DNA from: an uncultured Halobacteriales archaeon
Lineage (GTDB): Archaea; Thermoplasmatota; E2; JACPAO01; JAHWKR01
Length of the DNA stretch: 64,000 nt
NCBI GenBank assembly: GCA_964452895.1
Contig: CAYVRY010000001.1
Span: 525 to 64,524, forward strand
Reading direction: 5' to 3'
Of the stretch, positions 57,648-64,000 are shown piece by piece; within the stretch, counting starts at the first letter, position 1; each line of letters opens with the position of its first letter. The notes beneath the pieces were generated by a model. The model saw only the letters and a list, made by a program, of their open reading frames with translations. It was not told the DNA's origin and did not search any database. The translations under genes and the position numbers were made by a program.

Positions 57648-57898
57648 CCCTCGCGGTCCAGTGCAGATTGTTTCATCCGCCGGATGTCCGCTTCCTGCAT
57701 CTTCAGGCGGATCTGCTCTTGTTGATCTTTGGACCAGGCAGGTTCTGGAGGATGTCGGAAGAAAGCCAGGGGGTCCTTCTCTTTGCGGTTGGTCTCGCGC
57801 ACGAGGCGGAGCACGACGTCGCTGTCGCTCTCCCCCTCGCGCTTCTGGGAGCGCAGGGCACGAAACGCCTGGTCACTGAGCGAAGTGGAGCGAGCCAT
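57644..57898 (-). CDS. vapB: VapB-type antitoxin (archaeal MxxTItISDExYxxLxxLKREGESFSDVIxRL family)
   Basis: ATG at 57898: MARSTSLSDQAFRALRSQKREGESDSDVVLRLV... followed by a charged C-terminal tail. Confidence 0.7.
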   Translation of the reverse strand: MARSTSLSDQAFRALRSQKREGESDSDVVLRLVRETNRKEKDPLAFFRHPPEPAWSKDQQEQIRLKMQEADIRRMKQSALDREG

Positions 57899-57924
57899 GA
57901 CACATGCATGTGCACTTATCCTAC

Positions 57925-57979
57925 GTATAATTATTGGCATTCACTGGAGGAAACAGACCCCCGCACCCCTCTTATATGC
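57925..57979. promoter_or_regulatory. divergent promoter region with two TATA boxes (CGTATAATTA for vapBC; CTTATATGCC for icd)
   Basis: TATAATTA is about 30 nt from the vapB ATG at 57898. TTATATGC is about 24 nt from the icd ATG at 58000, so both starts are probably leaderless. Confidence 0.45.
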
Positions 57980-57999
57980 CCTCCCCTTCGGCGGCCCCG

Positions 58000-59262
58000 A
58001 TGACAGCAGCGGCGCCTTTTACGGTCCCGGAAGGCGGCAGACGGATCTCCATGGACGACGAGGGGCGCATGGACGTCCCGGACGACCCAATCATCCCGTT
58101 CATCGAGGGTGACGGGATCGGCCCGGACATCTGGGCGGCCTCGAAGCGGGTCCTGGATGCGGCCGTGGAAAAGGCGTACGGCGGCAAGCGCCGTCTGGCC
58201 TGGATGGAGGTCTTGGCGGGCGAGAAGGCGCTCGAGCAGACCAAGGAGTGGCTGCCGGAGCAGACGCTCGATGCGATCCGGGAGTACCGGGTGTCGATCA
58301 AGGGTCCGCTCACTACGCCGGTGGGGGAAGGGATCCGTTCATTGAACGTGGCGATCCGGCAGAAGTTGGACCTTTACGTGTGCCTGCGGCCCGTGAAATG
58401 GTATGAGGGCGTGCCGTCCCCGGTCAAGCATCCGGACCGCACGGACATGGTGGTTTTCCGCGAGAACTCGGAGGACATCTACGCGGGCATCGAGTGGAAG
58501 GCGAAGACGGACGACGCGAAGAAGGTGATCAAGTTCCTGCGCGAGGAGATGGGGGTCTTGACGATCCGGTTCCCGGAGACCAGCGGGATCGGTGTGAAGC
58601 CGGTGAGCGAGCAGGGCACGAAGCGTCTCGTGGAGGCGGCGTTGGATTACGCGGTCGAGCACGACCGCAGCAGTGTGACCTTGGTGCACAAGGGGAACAT
58701 CATGAAGTACACGGAGGGGGCTTTCAGGGATTGGGGGTATGAAGTGGCGCGCGAGCGCTACGGTGCTGAGCCGCTTGACGGCGGGCCGTGGCATGTTTTC
58801 AAGAACCCGAAGACGAAGAACGAGATCGTCGTCAAGGACGTGATCGCGGACGCGATGCTTCAGCAGATCCTCACGCGGCCCGGCGAGTACGACGTGATCG
58901 CCACCATGAACCTGAACGGGGATTACCTCTCCGACGCATTGGCGGCGTGTGTGGGCGGCATCGGGATCGCCCCCGGCGGGAACATCAACCACCGCACGGG
59001 GCACGCGGTCTTCGAGGCCACGCACGGGACGGCGCCGAAATACACCGGCCAGGACAAGGTGAACCCGGGTTCCATGATCCTCTCCGGCGTGATGATGCTC
59101 CGGCATCTGGGCTGGAACGAGGCGGCGGACCTGATCGAGAAGGGGATGGCGAAGACGATCTCCCAGAAACGGGTGACCTACGACTTCGAGCGGTTGATGG
59201 AAGGAGCCACGCTCATGAAGACGAGCGAGTTCGGCGATGCGATCGTCGAGAACATGAAGTGA
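58000..59262 (+). CDS. icd: NADP-dependent isocitrate dehydrogenase
   Basis: [23 protein letters not shown] and [13 protein letters not shown]. Start moved to the ATG at 58000 (MTAAAPFT...). Confidence 0.9.
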   Translation: MTAAAPFTVPEGGRRISMDDEGRMDVPDDPIIPFIEGDGIGPDIWAASKRVLDAAVEKAYGGKRRLAWMEVLAGEKALEQTKEWLPEQTLDAIREYRVSIKGPLTTPVGEGIRSLNVAIRQKLDLYVCLRPVKWYEGVPSPVKHPDRTDMVVFRENSEDIYAGIEWKAKTDDAKKVIKFLREEMGVLTIRFPETSGIGVKPVSEQGTKRLVEAALDYAVEHDRSSVTLVHKGNIMKYTEGAFRDWGYEVARERYGAEPLDGGPWHVFKNPKTKNEIVVKDVIADAMLQQILTRPGEYDVIATMNLNGDYLSDALAACVGGIGIAPGGNINHRTGHAVFEATHGTAPKYTGQDKVNPGSMILSGVMMLRHLGWNEAADLIEKGMAKTISQKRVTYDFERLMEGATLMKTSEFGDAIVENMK

Positions 59263-59298
59263 AAGGGAAGGGACGGGAGGGCACGGCAGGCCCCCAGC

Positions 59299-60213
59299 TC
59301 AGCCGCCTTGACCGGTCTCGTTCTCACCTTGATCGCCGGATTGGTCACCGGTCTGGTTGCCGTCTTCAATGCCGGTCTCCTCTTCGCCTTCCGGAAGACC
59401 GCTCTCGTCGTCCGACTGGTCCTGGCGCGGGTCGTCCTCCACATCCTCGGTGACCTGGGCCTTGCCGATCACGGGGGTCATCCGCCAGCCATGCGGGTCG
59501 TGCGGGGGCCCTTGCGGGCGCACGCTGCGGTCCAGGTCGATGTCGATCACCACCTGGGTGGTGCTGTCCGCGTTCACGTCGAAGCTCTTGACCACTTTGA
59601 CGGGGCTGTTGACGACGGCGATCTCTTCGCGTTCCCCGTCGTCGGCGCGGATCCCCCATGCCTGGCTGATGTGAAGACGGATCTGCGTGTACTTGCCGGC
59701 TTGCAACTCCGCCTCGCCGAGGAACGCTTTGCTGTCGTTTTCGGAGAATGACATGAGGTCCAGATCGCGCGGGGTGTCCACGACGAGCGTCCAACCGCCC
59801 CGCGATCCGTCGCCATCCGCGGTCTCATTGTCCCCTTCATTCTCTGTCTCGTTGTCCCCGTGCGTCGCGGTCTCATTGTCTGCTTCAGCCTCTGTCTCGT
59901 TGTCCCCCTCGGTCGCGGTCTCGTTGTCCTCGAAGACGCTCTGGGTTTCGGTGGCGGTCTCGTTGTCCTCCGGGTCCGCTTCGTCGTCTCCGGTGCCGTT
60001 CACGCTGCCCGGTGCGATATGGACCTCCACTTGTTCAATGGAGACCCAGATCTCGGAGAAGTCGTCCGTTGCGGCGTCCTTGACGTACATGGTGACGGTG
60101 CCTGTCTCGGCGTCTTCGTCGTCCGACCGATCGGGATCCGCCATGCATCCTGCCAGGGATGTTGCGACGAACGCGAGAAGCACGAGTATCGTAAGGGAGC
60201 GAATTCGGTTCAT
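59299..60213 (-). CDS. DUF4382-family lipoprotein with tandem N-glycosylation-sequon repeats
   Basis: LAGC lipobox. DUF4382 blocks (TVTMYVKDAATDDFSEIWVSIEQVEVH; GKYTQIRLHIS; VVNSPVKVVKSFDVNADSTTQVVIDIDLDRS). A central run of six DNETATEG-like 8-aa repeats each contains N-E-T. Confidence 0.65.
   Translation of the reverse strand: MNRIRSLTILVLLAFVATSLAGCMADPDRSDDEDAETGTVTMYVKDAATDDFSEIWVSIEQVEVHIAPGSVNGTGDDEADPEDNETATETQSVFEDNETATEGDNETEAEADNETATHGDNETENEGDNETADGDGSRGGWTLVVDTPRDLDLMSFSENDSKAFLGEAELQAGKYTQIRLHISQAWGIRADDGEREEIAVVNSPVKVVKSFDVNADSTTQVVIDIDLDRSVRPQGPPHDPHGWRMTPVIGKAQVTEDVEDDPRQDQSDDESGLPEGEEETGIEDGNQTGDQSGDQGENETGQGG
59821..59970. repeat. 24-nt tandem repeat (about 6 copies, GTCTCGTTGTCC(C/T)C core) inside the DUF4382 gene
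   Basis: Seen directly; encodes the NET-sequon repeats. Confidence 0.6.
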
Positions 60214-60310
60214 GGGTGAGCCTTCCAGGGGGGAATCGGCTCTTTGACCCTGACGTATTAAACATTAATGGGGCATTCGACGAAGACGACCTGCAGCAAG
60301 AAACGGGCTG

Positions 60311-60925
60311 TCAGAGGACGAGATGCACCAGGGCATCCTGAAGGTTGTCGCTGTAGGAAAACCGCATGTCGCGGACCCAGCCGTAGGCGGTCCAATCCCC
60401 CCAGGCGGTCGGCAACTGCCCCCATCCGGCCAGACGACATTCCCCGGTGCCCAGGTTCGCCGCTTCCAGCGTCGTGAAGTCGAGGATCGAGCGGGTCCCC
60501 GGAGAGCAACTGAAGATGAACATGCCGAAGGTTCCGGGCTCTTCGTTCAATCCGTCGGAGTAGCAGCCGCTGGGGCAGTCATGCACGGCGTACCGGAACC
60601 CCCAGCCGTGGCTTTCTTCTTCGCAGGGAGCCGTTGGTGTACCCGTCACGGCCCATCCCGACCCTTGGTCCGCGGTATCGCACCCCGCGTCATGGCCAAA
60701 AAGACCCTGCACGGGGAGCGAGGGCGGAGCCTCGGAAAAACGGGACAGTGGCACGTCCTGGATCGCGATCGGTTCCAGGCGGGACCAGTCGCCCTCGTCC
60801 AGACCCGGGCGATGGTCGAGCCCCATGGTCGTCGCCGCGCTGTCGTGATCATCGGTCTGCGAGACAGCGGGGGCTACACTCACCAAGAGGACCGCGACCG
60901 CCATGAGGGTCAATCTTCTGTTCAT
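60311..60925 (-). CDS. hypothetical secreted Cys-containing protein
   Basis: The ATG at 60925 opens MNRRLTLMAVAVLLVSVAPAVS as a signal peptide; 8 Cys residues. Confidence 0.45.
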   Translation of the reverse strand: MNRRLTLMAVAVLLVSVAPAVSQTDDHDSAATTMGLDHRPGLDEGDWSRLEPIAIQDVPLSRFSEAPPSLPVQGLFGHDAGCDTADQGSGWAVTGTPTAPCEEESHGWGFRYAVHDCPSGCYSDGLNEEPGTFGMFIFSCSPGTRSILDFTTLEAANLGTGECRLAGWGQLPTAWGDWTAYGWVRDMRFSYSDNLQDALVHLVL

Positions 60926-61019
60926 GCTGCACCACCTTGCACGGGCCGGGGTCTCCCATCGCCCCGTGCTTGATCCGGGAAACAACTCCAGGGTTGATAG
61001 GACTTCTGGGCGTTTTCGC

Positions 61020-61937
61020 CTAGGAGGCGGGGGTTTCGATCCCGCGCGCTTCCTCGATCTTGCCCTTGACGGCCTGCACGGTGGTCTTCAGTTTCGCCAG
61101 TTCCTCGTCGCTGAGCTCGGGGGTCTTGACCTCCTGCACGCCGCTTTTGCCCAGCACGGCGGGCAGGCCGATGCTCACGCCCTCGTGACCGTATTCACCG
61201 TCGAGCAGGACGCAGGTGGGGATCGTCTCCCGGGTGTCGTCGACAATCGCTTTCACCATGCGGGCGACACAGGCGCCCGGGGCCCAACTGGTGGCGCCCT
61301 TTCGTTCGATGATCTGCATGGCGCGCTCGCGCGTCGTCTTCTCGAGCTCGCTCCAGTCCACATCTTCGATGCCGGCGCCGCTGGACAGGCTCGGTACGGG
61401 GAACATGGTCTCCCCGTGTTCGCCCAGGATCACGCCGTCGGCGTCCTTGATGCCCTGATCCGTGAGGATGTCGGTGAGTCGAACGGAGTCATGCAGGCTT
61501 CCCATGCCGAACACGCGTTCGCGGGGCCACTGCAGGATGTCCTGGGCGGCGCTCAGGAGCACGTCGACGGGGTTCGTCACAAGCAGGAAGATCGCATCGG
61601 GGCAATGTTTTTTCGCTTTCGTGGCGACGTCGCGAAGGATGGAGAGGTTCTTCTCCAGCAGGTCGACGCGGGTCATTCCGGGTTTGCGGGGGAAGCCGGC
61701 GGAGACGACGAGCAGTTCGCAACCGGCCAGGTCGGCGAAGTCGTCGGTGCCATGGATCCGGGTGGTCCGGCCGAAGGCGACACCGCTTGTGGACAGGTCC
61801 ATGGCGTGGCCTTCGGCGGGGCCACGGGCGATGTCGTAGATGATCATCTCGTCGATCTGGGTGAGTGCCAGCGTGGCGAATGCCGAGGTGGAACCGATGG
61901 CGCCCGCTCCCACGAATCCAATGCGTTTCATGTGCAC
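61020..61937 (-). CDS. mdh: malate dehydrogenase (LDH-like, archaeal type)
   Basis: Rossmann IGFVGAGAIGSTSA, substrate loop GFPRKPGMTR, and catalytic H in ILGEHGETM. Confidence 0.88.
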   Translation of the reverse strand: MHMKRIGFVGAGAIGSTSAFATLALTQIDEMIIYDIARGPAEGHAMDLSTSGVAFGRTTRIHGTDDFADLAGCELLVVSAGFPRKPGMTRVDLLEKNLSILRDVATKAKKHCPDAIFLLVTNPVDVLLSAAQDILQWPRERVFGMGSLHDSVRLTDILTDQGIKDADGVILGEHGETMFPVPSLSSGAGIEDVDWSELEKTTRERAMQIIERKGATSWAPGACVARMVKAIVDDTRETIPTCVLLDGEYGHEGVSIGLPAVLGKSGVQEVKTPELSDEELAKLKTTVQAVKGKIEEARGIETPAS

Positions 61938-62047
61938 GGGGCGAACCGGGGCGTCCGCTTAAACCTCTTCGGTGGCAGCGGCCCGTCACGGTTCCCGACG
62001 GCGAAGGTGGGTCGATCCGACCCGCTTGACCTTCCAGCAGCCCGGGG

Positions 62048-62815
62048 TCATGCCAGCAGGTGGGCCTCGCCGTCGTCAGGGCGCTTCCAGAAGCGGGCGT
62101 AGACGAAGGGCTGCTCGTTGCCGCCCGGAGTCTTGTGGAGTTCCCGCGCCTCTTCGGCGAGTCGGAACCCGCTGCCGAGCTCGCGCGCCAGCGAAGCGCC
62201 GTCGTGCCGCATGACGGGGAGCCCGCTGCATTTCTCGGGTCCGTCCGGTGCGAAGGTGGCCATCACAACATGCCCTTTCGCCGCCAGATGGCTGCTCATG
62301 TTGCGGACGTAGGCGGCTCGGTCCTCGGGGTCCGTGAGGAAGTGGAACACGGCCCGGTCGTGCCACACGTCGAAGGGCCCTCCCAGGTCATCTGTGCGCA
62401 CGTCGGCCACGGTCCATTGCACCCGGCTCGCTTCGGCCCCGAGCCGGTCCCGGGCCCGGTCCAGGGCGTCGTCGGCGATGTCGACGACGCTCAAGGTGTC
62501 CCATCCCTGCTCGAGCAGGTGGTCCACCAGCCGGGAGGCCCCACCGCCCACGTCGACCACGTGCGCGGACGCGGGGACCCCGGTGGCCTGGATCATCCTG
62601 AGCGATGCTTTTGGAACGTGCTGGAACCAGCTGACATCCGTTTCGGTGCGTTCTTGCCATACGCGCTGCCAGTGGGACCGGTCCGGCATGTCGTCCACGA
62701 GGCATGATGAGGCGCCACCCTGATGAGCCATTCGACCGCTGCAAGAGAGGCCCCGGCTCGGCCCCGCGGAACCAGCCTGATAATGGTTGTCATAGGAAAG
62801 GGCCAGAAACTTCAT
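62048..62815 (-). CDS. class I SAM-dependent methyltransferase
   Basis: Motif I HVVDVGGGASRLVDHLLEQG and VVDIADDALDRAR. The ATG start may be internal (MPDRSHWQ...). Confidence 0.7.
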   Translation of the reverse strand: MKFLALSYDNHYQAGSAGPSRGLSCSGRMAHQGGASSCLVDDMPDRSHWQRVWQERTETDVSWFQHVPKASLRMIQATGVPASAHVVDVGGGASRLVDHLLEQGWDTLSVVDIADDALDRARDRLGAEASRVQWTVADVRTDDLGGPFDVWHDRAVFHFLTDPEDRAAYVRNMSSHLAAKGHVVMATFAPDGPEKCSGLPVMRHDGASLARELGSGFRLAEEARELHKTPGGNEQPFVYARFWKRPDDGEAHLLA

Positions 62816-62925
62816 AGCGCGGCAAGGGCCGGTTTTCCCGGAGCCTCTTGGTCTGGACCCGTCTCAGTGGCAGTACCCGCGCGGCACGACGGCGCCATCG
62901 CAGCGGGAGCCTTCTATGGATCACC

Positions 62926-64000
62926 ATGGTCGTTGTCTCGGTCCTGTCGACCGGCACGCCGGTGGTCGCGGACGAGGTCTGGGACCCCCCCGACCCGGTG
63001 GACCCGGATGATTTCTTCCAGGGCGCCTTGTGGGACCTGGAGCTGGGCAACCTGGCAAAATCCGAACTGGCGGCGGCGTCGGGGTTCTCCCAGCTGCACG
63101 TTTCACCGTCCGGAGAGGTCTTGATCGCGGGCCTGAACAACGGGGGGATCTTGTTCCTGGAGACCGAGACGGGGGCGGTGATCACCACGGCGTTCACCAA
63201 GGACCACGGTGCGGTGCGTTCGATCTCTTCCGACCGTCAAGGCGAGCGGGCCGTGTTCGTGTATGATGACGGGTACGTCGCGGCGGTGGACGCGTCGCAG
63301 GAGGAACTGCTCATGTCGCGCTTCTCCGAGGCGGGGGCCGGGCGGTACACGGACCGGGTGGGGGCACAGATCAGCATGGACGGCCAGACCCTGGTGGTCA
63401 CGTCGGACCGGTTGCAGATCTATGATCTGGAACGAGAGAGCCACGGCCTGGTGTTTGCGCCGGGGCCGGAACTGGAGCCCGCTTTGGGCCCTCATCTTTT
63501 CCTGCATCCTCAGCTTCCCTATTTCGCGGCGCTGGACCGCGACGGCACCCTCGGGGTGTTCAACATGGAGTTGGAACCTCAACATCCGCTGGTCGATCTG
63601 GGTGATGAGGCCTCCCAGGTGGCCGCATTGGCGGTCTCCCATGACGGGAGCGCGTTCGCGCTCCTGCAAAGCGACGGCCGGTTGCTGCGTTACGCAGTGC
63701 GCCTTTCGGCCTCGGACCCGGAACTGGTGTTGACCTACGAATCACGGTTGCGATGCACGGTCCCCACCTGCGGGGACCCGTTCGGGGTCGCGTTGAACAC
63801 GAACGGCGACCGGGTCATGGCGTGGACGAACCAACAACTGATCTGGGCAGAGGGGGACAACCAGAACGTGCCGGAGGAGGAGGCGCAGAAGACAAACGAA
63901 GCGAACACGGTGAGCTTGGCGGTACCGGTGGACGGTTCGTGGTCGTTCGGTCAGATCGCCCCGGACCAGGAACTCTCCCGGGCGCTCATCACCCAGGCGG
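62926..64000 (+). CDS. beta-propeller (WD40/PQQ-like) repeat protein, 3'-truncated by window end
   Basis: Open frame from the ATG at 62926 to the window edge. It is absent from the ORF track because it has no stop in the window. Repeated hydrophobic-Asp-Gly blades (VYDDGYV; ISMDGQTLVV; ALDRDGTLGVF; VSHDGSAFALLQSDGRL; LNTNGDRVMAW). Confidence 0.5.
   Translation, partial: MVVVSVLSTGTPVVADEVWDPPDPVDPDDFFQGALWDLELGNLAKSELAAASGFSQLHVSPSGEVLIAGLNNGGILFLETETGAVITTAFTKDHGAVRSISSDRQGERAVFVYDDGYVAAVDASQEELLMSRFSEAGAGRYTDRVGAQISMDGQTLVVTSDRLQIYDLERESHGLVFAPGPELEPALGPHLFLHPQLPYFAALDRDGTLGVFNMELEPQHPLVDLGDEASQVAALAVSHDGSAFALLQSDGRLLRYAVRLSASDPELVLTYESRLRCTVPTCGDPFGVALNTNGDRVMAWTNQQLIWAEGDNQNVPEEEAQKTNEANTVSLAVPVDGSWSFGQIAPDQELSRALITQA

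Noticed and set aside
1-64000. CRISPR arrays, rRNA genes, transposases or integrases, prophage genes
   Set aside because: No short regularly spaced repeats, no rRNA-like conserved segments, and no recombinase-like ORFs were seen, even next to the two tRNA genes.
1-64000. Haloarchaeal (salt-in) origin suggested by high GC
   Set aside because: Cytoplasmic enzymes (purA, mdh, icd, aIF5B) are only moderately acidic. Extreme acidity is confined to surface proteins (PKD, DUF4382).

Overview
This 64 kb window is a high-GC (about 65%) chromosomal segment that I read as archaeal. The evidence is an aIF5B-type IF2 with the G-domain at the N-terminus (VDHGKTSFLD...ITQHIGATE), an AlaX-M editing protein, an LDH-like MDH, tRNA genes without encoded CCA, and BRE/TATA-like boxes (consensus roughly AAGGATATAAAT) about 25-35 nt upstream of many start codons, which implies mostly leaderless mRNAs. 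Cytoplasmic proteins are not hyper-acidic, so it is not a salt-in haloarchaeon; a heterotrophic Thermoplasmatota-like marine archaeon is a guess only. Gene density is high on both strands. Recognisable content falls into these groups:
- Housekeeping: cysS, purA, aIF5B, AlaX-M, two FKBPs, an aminotransferase, and three TCA enzymes (aconitase, NADP-IDH, MDH).
- Secreted proteolysis and uptake: M61, S15 and S1 peptidases; OPT, ABC-2, BCCT and DAACS transporters.
- Cell surface: several LAGC-lipobox lipoproteins, including PKD, DUF4382 and COG4315 types.
- Lipid head-group enzymes: a CDP-alcohol phosphatidyltransferase and a glycerophosphodiester phosphodiesterase.
- RNA genes: tRNA-Val(UAC) and tRNA-Gln(CUG).
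The most unusual feature is a co-directional signalling and polysaccharide locus at 43.1-50.5 kb. It encodes a membrane PAS histidine kinase, a CheY-like receiver, and a large protein reading HPt, pseudo-receiver, REC, degenerate GGDEF (GRLDMDRF), REC. These are followed, with overlapping stops and starts, by a membrane-anchored HEAT-repeat protein and a processive family-2 glycosyltransferase carrying the QxxRW motif. Other points of interest:
- A four-gene DUF58 operon with no MoxR ATPase.
- Two toxin-antitoxin-like modules: a VapBC pair, and a DUF4258-like gene plus zinc-ribbon gene pair next to a tRNA, preceded by ACGTG inverted repeats around a TATA box.
- A TetR operator made of two 19-bp direct repeats.
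- An intrinsically disordered protein with a Lys/Ala-rich N-terminus and an RGG/GAR-like C-terminus.
- A DUF4382 lipoprotein with tandem N-glycosylation sequon repeats.
No CRISPR array, rRNA, transposase or integrase was seen. Many long antisense ORFs in the track are GC artefacts and were rejected.
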